Assembly (NCBI GenBank): GCA_029856125.1
Contig: JAHQWJ010000001.1
Span: 1 to 12,261, forward strand
Direction of reading: 5' to 3'
Origin: Promethearchaeia archaeon
GTDB lineage: Archaea > Asgardarchaeota > Lokiarchaeia > Sigyniarchaeales > SOKP01
Length of the DNA stretch: 12,261 nucleotides
Translations under genes and position numbers: made by a program
Part shown: positions 1 through 8,519 of the stretch, one piece after another
Numbering within the stretch: the stretch's first letter is position 1
Layout: the number at the start of each line of letters is the position of its first letter
Notes under the pieces: generated by a model
Told to the model about the DNA's origin: nothing
Seen by the model: the letters and a program-made list of their open reading frames with translations, nothing else
The model's database searches: none

Positions 1-1255
1 CTCTTTTTTTGATAATCTGAGAAATTGAATTCCCCTGCATGACATCCTCAATAAAGCTCTTAGCTATTTTAGATGTGATTTTCCCTTCTCTTATGTATTT
101 GATTAAGTCCCCTATGTGTTTGGGAGTCAGTTTGGTTTGATCGATTGTTAAATTATTCTCGTTTAGCCAACCAGATATATTGTTCATTAACCAATTACAG
201 AATTGTTTGTATTCTTTAGATCCAAAAGTAGGATCGGCGTTTGCTCCAGCTTCATAAAAATCCGCAATGCGTTTATCTAAAACTAAATTTTCTGCATCAA
301 ATTCCGATAACATGTATTCTCTTCGAAGCCTTAGTGCTCTTTCTGTTGGCATTTCTGGCAAATAACTTTTAACTTGCTCAATAAAAGCATTATCAACCTC
401 GATTGGGACCAAGTCTTGTTCAGGAAAATAACGGTAATCTTCTTCGAATTCTTTTGACCGTAATGATTGGGTGATCCTCATTTTATCGTCCCAATGTCTT
501 GTTTCTTGAATTAACACTTTTCCCCTTTTTATTGCGTTTTTTTGCCTTATGATCTCATGTCTTAGTGCTCTCTCAACTTCTTTGAAACTGTTGATGTTTT
601 TTACTTCACTACGTTTGTTTCCTTTTAAAGAAATATTAGCATCAACTCTAACTGAGCCCTCTAGCTCGATGTTAGAAATCCCTGTATATTGAATAATAGA
701 TTTCAGTTGTTTTAGAAATTCTCTTGCTTCTTCAGGTGAACTAATAACTGGTTCAGTAACGATTTCAATAAGGCAAACTCCAGAGCGATTGTAATCTACT
801 AAAGTATACGGTGACGATGCGATGCTTCCCTTATGAACTAATCGCGCAGGATCCTCTTCAAGATGAATTCTGTTTAATATAATATCTTTTTTATGATTAT
901 TTAACCTAATCGTAATTTTGCCTCCATCTGCAAAAGCCTTACCTCCCGCTTTATTGTATTGGCTAATTTGAAACCCCTTTGGTAAATCTGGATAATGGTA
1001 ATTTTTACGAAAAAACCAAAATTGACGATTGATATTACATTTTAAAGCTAAAGCTAACCTAGTAGCAAAATTGATGGTTTTCTCATTTATTACTGGAAGG
1101 GATCCAGGTAACCCTAAACAAATAGGGCATACAAAAGTGTTTGGTCCTGCATTACGATAATCATTGCTACAACTACAAAAGAGCTTTGTTTTTAGATTAG
1201 TCAATTGAATGTGGACTTCTAGTCCAATAATCACTTTTTTGTCTTGGTCACTCAG
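1..1255 (-). CDS. gatB: Asp-tRNA(Asn)/Glu-tRNA(Gln) amidotransferase subunit B, 3' end beyond the window
   Basis: Absent from the ORF track. My translation of segments of the minus strand gives GatB motifs VIIGLEVHIQL, KTKLFCSC, RKNYHYPDLPKGFQISQY, RIHLEEDP, VDYNRSGVCLIEIVTEP, EGSVRVDANISL, EVKNINSF, QETRHWD and RSKEFEEDYRYFPEQDL. It directly follows gatA. Start uncertain: CTG at 1255 has an SD; GTG at 1234 or 1270 are alternatives. Confidence 0.96.
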   Translation of the reverse strand, partial: MSDQDKKVIIGLEVHIQLTNLKTKLFCSCSNDYRNAGPNTFVCPICLGLPGSLPVINEKTINFATRLALALKCNINRQFWFFRKNYHYPDLPKGFQISQYNKAGGKAFADGGKITIRLNNHKKDIILNRIHLEEDPARLVHKGSIASSPYTLVDYNRSGVCLIEIVTEPVISSPEEAREFLKQLKSIIQYTGISNIELEGSVRVDANISLKGNKRSEVKNINSFKEVERALRHEIIRQKNAIKRGKVLIQETRHWDDKMRITQSLRSKEFEEDYRYFPEQDLVPIEVDNAFIEQVKSYLPEMPTERALRLRREYMLSEFDAENLVLDKRIADFYEAGANADPTFGSKEYKQFCNWLMNNISGWLNENNLTIDQTKLTPKHIGDLIKYIREGKITSKIAKSFIEDVMQGNSISQIIKKR

Positions 1256-1256
1256 A

Positions 1257-2744
1257 TTACTTACCTCCACTTGCCAATTGGGGCGTTTTTCGAAAAATTC
1301 CTAGCTCTTGTTCAAGCTGATATCCAATATTGAGAATTCCTTTTTCATCAAAATAATCTCCAATAATCTGAAAACCTATGGGTAAATTATTGCTATCAAA
1401 ACCACACGGAATTGAAAGTGCAGGGATTCCCGCTAAATTAACAGAACAAGTTAAAATATCTTGAGTATACATTTCCAAGGGATCTTCAATTAATGATCCA
1501 ACCTTAAACGCTGTAGAAGGCATTGTTGGGCAGACGAGCGAATCACATTTCTTAAATGCTTCAACAAAATCTCTTCTAATTAGGGATCTAACTTTCAAGG
1601 CTTTAATATAAAACATATCATAATATCCTGCCGATAGTGCAAATGTTCCTAAATAAATCCTTCTTCTTACTTCAGGTCCAAAATTTTCTCCTCGTGTTCT
1701 ACTAAACGCACTATAAACATCGCCCGAAAGAGCGTCTTTGACTTTACCATACCTTAATCCATCATATCTAGCTAAATTTGAGCTTGCTTCGCACATGCAC
1801 AATAAATAATATGTAGCAATTGTGTATTCTAAATGAGGAATTGAAACCTCAACAGTAGTTATTCCTAAACTCTCCAATTTCTCGATTGATTGATTTATCG
1901 ACTTCTTCACTTCTTTATTAATCGCTTCTCCGAAAAATTCTTTTGGGATTCCAAGTACTTTTTTTTCAATCGGTTTTTTTAATTCTTCCGTATATTTATC
2001 AACTTTAATATCTACTGATGTCGAATCGAGGGGGTCTTTACCTGATATGATCTCAAGGATTAATGCTGAATCGTAAACACATTTCGTAATTGGACCAATT
2101 TGATCTAATGAATTTGCAAATGCGACTAATCCATAACGCGATACTCTACCATAAGTTGGTTTTAACCCTACAACTCCACAAAAGGCTGCGGGGCATCTAA
2201 TACTCCCCCCCGTATCGCTCCCTAAAGCAAAAATAGCTTGACCTGAGGCAACAGCGGCAGCAGATCCACCACTCGATCCTCCAGGAACCCTTGTTAAATC
2301 CCAAGGATTATAAGTAGGTCCATAACAACTATTTTCTGTGGATCCTCCCATTGCAAACTCATCCATATTTGTATTGCCAATATGGATTGCCCCTTCTTTT
2401 ATTAGGCGATCGATAACGAATGCATTGTAAGGAGGACGATATCCCTCCAATATTTTTGATCCACAAGTCGTTGGAAACCCCTTTACGCAGATTAAATCTT
2501 TATTAGCTAAGGGTAATCCATAAAGCTTTCCTATTTTTTTTCCCTTCTTTAAATTATCATCATATGTTTTTGCTTTTTGTAAACTCTTTTCTTTATCGAG
2601 ATTAACAAATGAGTGTAGTTGAGACTCAACTTCATCTATTCTCTTATAGCATGATTCAAGAATATCTTGTATTTTAATGTCTCTGTCTTTAATCTTTTCG
2701 ATTAATTCATATCCCATGTATTCATAGAGCTTCATTGACACCAA
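1257..2744 (-). CDS. gatA: Asp-tRNA(Asn)/Glu-tRNA(Gln) amidotransferase subunit A
   Basis: Amidase signature PGGSSGGSAAAVA...LGSDTGGSIRCPAAFCGVVGLKPTYGRVSRYGL, plus GatA-specific EASSNLARYDG and FGPEVRRRIYLGTFALSAGYYD. Adjacent to gatB. Start is TTG 2744 or ATG 2735. Confidence 0.97.
   Translation of the reverse strand: MVSMKLYEYMGYELIEKIKDRDIKIQDILESCYKRIDEVESQLHSFVNLDKEKSLQKAKTYDDNLKKGKKIGKLYGLPLANKDLICVKGFPTTCGSKILEGYRPPYNAFVIDRLIKEGAIHIGNTNMDEFAMGGSTENSCYGPTYNPWDLTRVPGGSSGGSAAAVASGQAIFALGSDTGGSIRCPAAFCGVVGLKPTYGRVSRYGLVAFANSLDQIGPITKCVYDSALILEIISGKDPLDSTSVDIKVDKYTEELKKPIEKKVLGIPKEFFGEAINKEVKKSINQSIEKLESLGITTVEVSIPHLEYTIATYYLLCMCEASSNLARYDGLRYGKVKDALSGDVYSAFSRTRGENFGPEVRRRIYLGTFALSAGYYDMFYIKALKVRSLIRRDFVEAFKKCDSLVCPTMPSTAFKVGSLIEDPLEMYTQDILTCSVNLAGIPALSIPCGFDSNNLPIGFQIIGDYFDEKGILNIGYQLEQELGIFRKTPQLASGGK
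1263..1268 (-). promoter_or_regulatory. Shine-Dalgarno-like GGAGGT for gatB, inside the last codons of gatA
   Basis: The minus strand reads GGAGGT-AAGTAAT-CTG-AGT-GAC, a 7-nt spacer to an in-frame CTG. Confidence 0.6.
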
Positions 2745-2931
2745 ATCACTAAAAGAGAATCAATAAGGAACAGTTAATCCTTATTTCTTAAACTTATAAA
2801 TTCAAGTACACTAAAAACTTTACTCATTTTTCATTCAATTCATTTTACTATTTCCTACCTTAAAGTTTAAATCCATAATATTCTATTTTCTATATTGATT
2901 TAGCAAAATAAAATCTCAAATTAAATTTGAA

Positions 2932-2936
2932 GGTGA
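2932..2936 (+). promoter_or_regulatory. Shine-Dalgarno-like GGTGA upstream of the extended hydrolase frame
   Basis: AAGGTGAT-CTAA-ATA, a 5-nt spacer from GGTGA to the in-frame ATA at 2942. Confidence 0.5.
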
Positions 2937-2941
2937 TCTAA

Positions 2942-3826
2942 ATAACAATAATAAATAATGAAGGTAAATTTAGTGATAATTATTATCTTATAGATGGAAT
3001 GACAATGGGAATGCCTAAATTTCTTTCAATTTACGTTATTGAAAACAACGGTATGCGACTAATGATTGATGTTGGAGAAACATTAAAAGCTCGTAAAGTT
3101 ATAAAAAAACTCAAAGATTTTGGGCTTTATCCTATTCATAAAATCGTATTAACTCACTCTCATTGGGATCATGCTCAGGGTATCTCAAAATTATATAATT
3201 CAATGAAAGATTTGGATGTAGAGGTTTTAGCTTCTGAAAATGCGGTAGAAAATTTAAAACATCCGGAAAAAATGATTAAGGGGTTTGAGGGATTTGATGA
3301 GGTATATCCTTTCGAAGGAGAGATTACTCCATTAAAAGAAGGTGACATAATCGATATAAATGGGTTAGAACTAGAAGTTCTAAATTTTTTTGGACATACA
3401 ATGGATTCTATTGGTTTATTTGATAAGATAAATAAAAATATATTCGCTGGAGATGCAGCAATAAACAGGTTAGACCAAGATGCCTTTTTTGTTCCTCTAA
3501 TGCCACCTGATTTTCATGAACAAGAACTTCTTAAAACATTTAATAAATTACGAGATACGAGAAGCGAACTGAACTCAATCTCATTATCACATTTTGGAGT
3601 ATGGAAAGATAAACACTTTGAACAAATATTAGATGAAATGGAAGTTTTATACTTTAAAGTTAAGGATTCCTTAATTGAATGGTATCATGAAAACCCATCA
3701 ATTGACTTTATAACAAATAAATATTGCAGAACCTTAATCCCAAATTCAAAATTTTGGAACGAGTCTTTTTTTACAGTTGTCATTGAAATGATGATAAACG
3801 GTTTAAAAATAAGTGGATTTTTATAG
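2942..3826 (+). CDS. Metallo-beta-lactamase-fold metallo-hydrolase, substrate unknown
   Basis: Motifs IDVG, THSHWDH (HxHxDH), GHT, AGDA and SH. The first ATG is at 2999, but the frame is open from 2942 and adds ITIINNEGKFSDNYYLIDG, which looks like the normal first strands of the fold. Confidence 0.9.
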   Translation: MTIINNEGKFSDNYYLIDGMTMGMPKFLSIYVIENNGMRLMIDVGETLKARKVIKKLKDFGLYPIHKIVLTHSHWDHAQGISKLYNSMKDLDVEVLASENAVENLKHPEKMIKGFEGFDEVYPFEGEITPLKEGDIIDINGLELEVLNFFGHTMDSIGLFDKINKNIFAGDAAINRLDQDAFFVPLMPPDFHEQELLKTFNKLRDTRSELNSISLSHFGVWKDKHFEQILDEMEVLYFKVKDSLIEWYHENPSIDFITNKYCRTLIPNSKFWNESFFTVVIEMMINGLKISGFL

Positions 3827-3850
3827 AGAAATCAATATCGCATTAATCAA

Positions 3851-3866
3851 TTATTTTTTTTCTTTT
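3851..3866 (+). terminator. Possible archaeal oligo-T terminator between the convergent hydrolase and asnS
   Basis: TTATTTTTTTTCTTTT about 25 nt after the hydrolase stop. Weak evidence because the window is AT-rich. Confidence 0.35.
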
Positions 3867-3904
3867 ACACAGTGATCTCTGTCATATGATTTATAATTAT
3901 AAGA

Positions 3905-5206
3905 TTAAGGAGATTTTCGTAACATAGTCCGGGGAAATGGGATAGAATCTTTAATATTATCCAAACCGCATATCCATTGGACGACACGTTCCACTCCTAA
4001 ACCATAACCTGAGTGAGGGACGCTACCATAACGTCTCAATGCAAAATACCAACTATAATTCTCAGGGTCTTCGCCATCAGCTTCCAATCTTCTTTTCATG
4101 TCTTCAACTAATAAACTTCTTTCCGAGCCCCCTATAATTTCACAATAGCCTTCTGGAGCTAACATGTCGAAACACAACGCTTCTTTGGGATTTTCCTCGC
4201 TTGGTGGTTTATAAAACCCCATTATCTCTGTTGGATAATGCGTTACGACTACAGGGACTTTGAAGTGTTCAGCTATTTTTTCTTCTTCTTTTGTTCTTAA
4301 ATCTTTACCCCATGGAACATTCATTTGATATTCATTGTTAAGGATTTCTAATGCTTCAGCATACTTGATAGTAGGATATTCAGCTTTCGCGTAGTGTTCG
4401 AGTAATTTAATGTCCCTTTCTAATATTTCAAGTTCCTTTTTGTTGTCCTTCAGAACTTCTTGGACAATAAATCTAATTTCATCTTTAGCAACTTTAACAG
4501 CCCCATCGAGCGTCATCCACGCAGCTTCCATTTCTGCCATCCAGAATTCCGCTAAATGTCTTGAAGTTTTTGACTTCTCCGCTCGAAATGTAGGTCCCAT
4601 ATTATATATTTTTCCCAGCGAGAAGATACCAGCCTCAGCATACAACTGCCATGTTTGACTAAGATACATTATATCATCAAAATATTTAACTTCAAATAAC
4701 GTAGCACCGCCTTCAGATTGGCTAGGTTGGAAAATAGGCGCATCAAATTCGTAGTAACCACGACCTCTAAAAAAACTATGGATCGCTCCGACTACTGTGT
4801 GGCGTATTTTTAAAATTGCGTTCAATTTTCTTGACCTTATCCACAGATGTCTATTGTCATATAAAAGTTCAGGAGATTGGTGTTCAGTAATTGGGAACGG
4901 ATCGGCAATTTGGATAATTTCCAACTCCGACACAGAAACCTCAAACCCCGTGGGTGCTCTTACATCTTCCTTTAACTCGCCAGAAATCTTGACTGAAGAT
5001 TCAATTGTCAGCTTTTCCGCTTTTTCAAATATCTCTGGACTTTTACTTTTGGGAATGACACATTGAATTATTTCAGATTCATCTCTCAACACGATGAAAA
5101 CAAATTTGTTTGAGGCTCTTTGTCGGTATATCCATCCCCTTAAATTAACCTTACCAGATCCTTTTTTCAAAGCTTCTTCAATTGTTATATATTCTGATTC
5201 CTTCAT
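3905..5206 (-). CDS. asnS: Asparagine--tRNA ligase (class IIb)
   Basis: N-terminal OB fold (LRGWI...FIVLRD...IQCV), YLSQTWQLY, motif 2 FRAEKSKTSRHLAEFWMAEME, EIIGGSER, and motif 3 RRYGSVPHSGYGLGVER. EFWMxExE, EIIGGS and YGSVPHSG distinguish AsnRS from archaeal AspRS. Confidence 0.95.
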   Translation of the reverse strand: MKESEYITIEEALKKGSGKVNLRGWIYRQRASNKFVFIVLRDESEIIQCVIPKSKSPEIFEKAEKLTIESSVKISGELKEDVRAPTGFEVSVSELEIIQIADPFPITEHQSPELLYDNRHLWIRSRKLNAILKIRHTVVGAIHSFFRGRGYYEFDAPIFQPSQSEGGATLFEVKYFDDIMYLSQTWQLYAEAGIFSLGKIYNMGPTFRAEKSKTSRHLAEFWMAEMEAAWMTLDGAVKVAKDEIRFIVQEVLKDNKKELEILERDIKLLEHYAKAEYPTIKYAEALEILNNEYQMNVPWGKDLRTKEEEKIAEHFKVPVVVTHYPTEIMGFYKPPSEENPKEALCFDMLAPEGYCEIIGGSERSLLVEDMKRRLEADGEDPENYSWYFALRRYGSVPHSGYGLGVERVVQWICGLDNIKDSIPFPRTMLRKSP

Positions 5207-5306
5207 TTTTATAAAAGAAATGTCTTTTTTAAAGATTTAATTATGAAACTAGCTTATCAAAATTAATCATCAAATTTTAATTTTTCAGAGACATTTAGAA
5301 ATTCAA

Positions 5307-5855
5307 TTATATAATAAATACTGCTGCTGCTAAAACAGAAGCCCACTCATCTTTATTTCTAACGGTAGCATATTCTGTTATATTTTTAGTTTCAACAATT
5401 TTCCCTCCCATTTTAAAGACTTCGCGTTTTTCATCGTAATTAGCGTTGGGATCAAATAGAAAACCCAAAGTTGTAGCTAACATCTCTACTGCTAAATCTT
5501 CGGCGTAGTCCCCTGTTTTTTCTGGTTTTTCCCCAAATGTATGATGTTCACTTAAATATCCATATTGATCTTTATCAGCAGGCATTGCAACACCTATTGA
5601 TGCGCAAACGCCGCGCTCTAATTCTTTAGACTCTGCTCTAGACATAACAATATATAGAATCTGTCCTGGAAGGAGTTGTTCTAAACCATCTTTCTTACTT
5701 ATTTCAACACAATGGGGGGGTAAGATCGAAGAAACATTTACTAAATTAAACTTTTCAATTCCCGCATTTCTAAGCGCTTGCTCAAAAGCTCCTAACTTAG
5801 ATTTATGATAACCTATTCCTTTTACAAAAAAGACTTTCTTAGGAACAAATGACAT
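5307..5855 (-). CDS. pdaD: Pyruvoyl-dependent arginine decarboxylase
   Basis: VPKKVFFVKGIG, AFEQALRNAGIEKFNLVNVSSILPP (Ser-Ser self-cleavage site), YGYLSEHH, AEDLAVEMLATTLG and terminal AAAVF; 182 aa. Confidence 0.95.
   Translation of the reverse strand: MSFVPKKVFFVKGIGYHKSKLGAFEQALRNAGIEKFNLVNVSSILPPHCVEISKKDGLEQLLPGQILYIVMSRAESKELERGVCASIGVAMPADKDQYGYLSEHHTFGEKPEKTGDYAEDLAVEMLATTLGFLFDPNANYDEKREVFKMGGKIVETKNITEYATVRNKDEWASVLAAAVFII
5772..5846. repeat. Direct repeat copy 1 (5' coding region of pdaD)
   Basis: Hand alignment to 11557-11630 gives 69 of 75 positions identical (5 mismatches, one 1-nt gap), including a perfect 36-bp core, 5796-5831 = 11581-11616. Confidence 0.95.
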
Positions 5856-5960
5856 GATTTTAATTAGGTTCTTATAGCTTTAAGTTTTATCTTTTGAAAC
5901 TTCCTTCATTTTCGATTATAAGAGAATAGTAGATAATAAAAAAAAAATTGTATAGATGTA

Positions 5961-5969
5961 TTTAATAAA
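5961..5969 (+). promoter_or_regulatory. Candidate TATA box for dhs if translation starts at ATG 5992 on a nearly leaderless mRNA
   Basis: TTTAATAAA lies 23-31 nt upstream of ATG 5992, and no SD is visible. The AT-rich context makes this weak. Confidence 0.3.
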
Positions 5970-5991
5970 TCTAGAATGTTTAATTTTAATT

Positions 5992-6981
5992 ATGAATAAA
6001 ACACATAAAGAAGATTACTTAAATCAAAAAATAACTCCGTTTAATGTTAATGAAGTGAAAAATGTAGACGACCTTTTAAGAGCTCTTAAATATTGTGGAT
6101 TTCAAGGAAGAAACTTAGGGAAAGCTTTAGATATTCTTTATAAAATGGTTAATAATGCTGACATTTTAACTGTATTAACTTTAAGTGGTGCTATGATTCC
6201 CGCAGGTATGGGAGATTTAATTTACACATTAATGGACCATAAATTAATTGATGTTTTAATTACTACAGGAGCAACTATCATACATGATTTAGTAGATGCA
6301 TTAACTGATGTAGGACATTATATAGGAAGTGCTACCATAGATGATAATGAATTGTTTAAATTGAGAATTAATAGAATATATGATACTTTACTACCTGAAG
6401 AAAATTATAAGATAGTTGAAGACGTTTTATCAGAGATAATTCATGAAATATTTGAATTTAAAGAAGTTAACATTTTACCTTCAGATCTTTTAACTAAAGT
6501 TGGTGAAAAATTAAATAAAAGAAGTCTTTTAGCTGTGGCTGCTAAAAACAACATTCCTATTTTTGTCCCTGCATTTTCTGATTCTGAATTTGCATTAAAC
6601 TTAATCAAATATTCTATAAAAGAAGATTATAAGTTCAATTTTGATATTCTTGGAGACGTATTAAAATTTGCTGATATTATAAAAAAATCCAGAGAATCTG
6701 GTACATTAATAATTGGAGGGGGTGTTCCTAGAAATTGGGCTCAGCAAATCTTTCCCTTACTTGATAAAATTGAAAAAGTTGAGAGGATGGGGTACAATTA
6801 TTCAGTTAGAATACATACTGCTACTGAATATGATGGGGGTCTTTCAGGGTGTACAATTTCTGAATCAAAAAGTTGGGGAAAATATTCTTTAGAATCAAAA
6901 TATATAAGTGTATGGTGTGATGCAACCATAGCATTACCAATTTTAATTACTGGATTATTACAGAGATTGAAAATCATCTAA
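5992..6981 (+). CDS. dys: Deoxyhypusine synthase family protein
   Basis: GFQGRNLG, LSGAMIPAGM, ITTGATIIHD, INRIYD, PIFVPAFSDSE, IIGGGVPRNW, DGGLSGCT..ESKSWGK (active-site Lys) and CDATIALP. The ORF track starts at 5956; the second Met (5992) is the more likely start. Confidence 0.93.
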   Translation: MNKTHKEDYLNQKITPFNVNEVKNVDDLLRALKYCGFQGRNLGKALDILYKMVNNADILTVLTLSGAMIPAGMGDLIYTLMDHKLIDVLITTGATIIHDLVDALTDVGHYIGSATIDDNELFKLRINRIYDTLLPEENYKIVEDVLSEIIHEIFEFKEVNILPSDLLTKVGEKLNKRSLLAVAAKNNIPIFVPAFSDSEFALNLIKYSIKEDYKFNFDILGDVLKFADIIKKSRESGTLIIGGGVPRNWAQQIFPLLDKIEKVERMGYNYSVRIHTATEYDGGLSGCTISESKSWGKYSLESKYISVWCDATIALPILITGLLQRLKII

Positions 6982-7054
6982 TCTTATATCTTTAGAAATC
7001 TTTCAATTTCATTTAAGTTCAAACTGTGAAATTCTGTTTCAAATAGGAGTTATC

Positions 7055-8518
7055 TCATCCAATTACATGATAATGTAAGGAAGAATGATGCCAATATCTT
7101 GGAGATATAATATACGCTAAAGGTCTTTTTCTCACATATTTTTCTAAATCTTTTTCTAAGAAAGTATATGCTAAAAGATGGACAATTGGGATTATTAGTT
7201 GTGTCCATTCATCATATTGGCTTTGTGAGAAGCTATTTTCAATTCTGATGATTTTTGGATTCATTGCTAATATAAGAGCATATTCAATTAATTCAGGTAT
7301 AAACTTTGCACTCTGAGCTCTTAAGATGTTCATTTCTGCTCTTAATAGAATCATCCAAGTTTCCTTAACATCCCATGGAAATAAAGCTGAAACCGATGCA
7401 AAGAATTTTGAACCTTCAGGAATATCGCGCAACAAATCATTAAAATAGTTTAATTTTGATAGATCTCCTATAAAGGGTATAACAAATGAAGCATATACAA
7501 CTTCTTCATTACTTAAAGAACCTATCGGTTGATCCTTAAAGATTTTAATTAGATTTTTTATGTAATCATCACCCAACGCTTTACTTCCATTATGAAGAGA
7601 CCAGTTCGAGAATAATCTTCCGATTATTGAAATGGCTTTTATAATCTTTTGCTTTAGACCATATTCATATAAAGATTCTCTTATCTCATTGGCGGGATTA
7701 TCTTTTCGATATTCATATTGCATATTTCTTTCAATTTTTAGGATATCTCTATTTGTGTCAGGTTTGCTTAATTGAGGATTTCTCATAAAATTAATAGAAA
7801 GTGTCATCATTCTCTTCTCTGCTTGTGTGTAGGTATATTCTCTTTTTGATATCGAATTAAATGCATTCTCTAATTTATTTAGATTAGAATTTAACAGAAA
7901 AACGGCCCAAATTGGAGAAAATACGCCAGTTTTCATTATATCGCCTACTCTATCAATTAAGGAGGAAAACTCTTCATCTAGTTGTTCGATAAGATTATTC
8001 AAATCGTTTAAATTCCTTGATAGAAACCTATCTCGAGCTTCAATCTCATCAATCATATTATCCCCTATAGGCGTTAAGATTACATTTTTTCCATTGACTT
8101 TTACAGCCTGATTAATAGACTGCTTTTGATCATTTAATTTTAAAATTTGATCCTTAATAATACTGACTTGAGTATCCATCTTTTTTATCTCATTCTTCAA
8201 TTTAGAAATTTGAGACTTCAACTTCTTTCCTTTTCCAATTTGTAAATAACTAACTAACTTACTACCTAAAGAGGCATGTTCATATTCTCTTTCTATGGAT
8301 AATAACTCCTTATTCAGTCCATGAATCTCGCCATTTAGTCTATCATAATTCATTTTAAGGGTATTTATCTCACCTTCCATTGGTAGAACGGTACTTTCCT
8401 TTCCATATTCGCTGATAAATGAGAACTTCAATAAATCTGAAATCTCATCAGAAGAACAAGGAATATCTATCCTTTTTTTAATCGATGTTAATATTTCTAA
8501 GGCTCTTTTACAATCCAT
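7055..8518 (-). CDS. Hypothetical protein, 487 aa: N-terminal coiled-coil hairpin apparently inserted in a winged-helix-like domain, helical C-terminal region, His/aromatic tail
   Basis: Long ORF with GGTGA 6 nt before the ATG, 1 nt from the upstream stop. Heptad pattern at aa ~48-81 and ~97-137, VILTPIG at 146-152, ends YWHHSSLHYHVIG. Confidence 0.85.
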   Translation of the reverse strand: MDCKRALEILTSIKKRIDIPCSSDEISDLLKFSFISEYGKESTVLPMEGEINTLKMNYDRLNGEIHGLNKELLSIEREYEHASLGSKLVSYLQIGKGKKLKSQISKLKNEIKKMDTQVSIIKDQILKLNDQKQSINQAVKVNGKNVILTPIGDNMIDEIEARDRFLSRNLNDLNNLIEQLDEEFSSLIDRVGDIMKTGVFSPIWAVFLLNSNLNKLENAFNSISKREYTYTQAEKRMMTLSINFMRNPQLSKPDTNRDILKIERNMQYEYRKDNPANEIRESLYEYGLKQKIIKAISIIGRLFSNWSLHNGSKALGDDYIKNLIKIFKDQPIGSLSNEEVVYASFVIPFIGDLSKLNYFNDLLRDIPEGSKFFASVSALFPWDVKETWMILLRAEMNILRAQSAKFIPELIEYALILAMNPKIIRIENSFSQSQYDEWTQLIIPIVHLLAYTFLEKDLEKYVRKRPLAYIISPRYWHHSSLHYHVIG

Positions 8519-8519
8519 T

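Noticed and set aside
2942-3826. Antibiotic-resistance metallo-beta-lactamase
   Set aside because: HxHxDH is shared by the whole superfamily, there is no signal peptide, and the substrate cannot be assigned.
4410-4658. 82-aa plus-strand ORF
   Set aside because: Fully antisense to asnS, Ser/Ile-rich shadow composition, no motifs.
4797-5066. 89-aa plus-strand ORF
   Set aside because: Antisense shadow of asnS with no independent support.
3905-5206. Non-discriminating AspRS, suggested by proximity to gatAB
   Set aside because: The motifs EFWMAEME, EIIGGSER and YGSVPHSG are AsnRS-type.
5956-5991. N-terminal extension MYLINLECLILI of DHS
   Set aside because: Looks like translated AT-rich promoter DNA and contains the candidate TATA box for ATG 5992.
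7005-7033. AATTTCA...TGAAATT inverted repeat between the convergent dhs and 487-aa genes
   Set aside because: A 7-bp AT-rich stem with a 15-nt loop is too weak to call a terminator or binding site.
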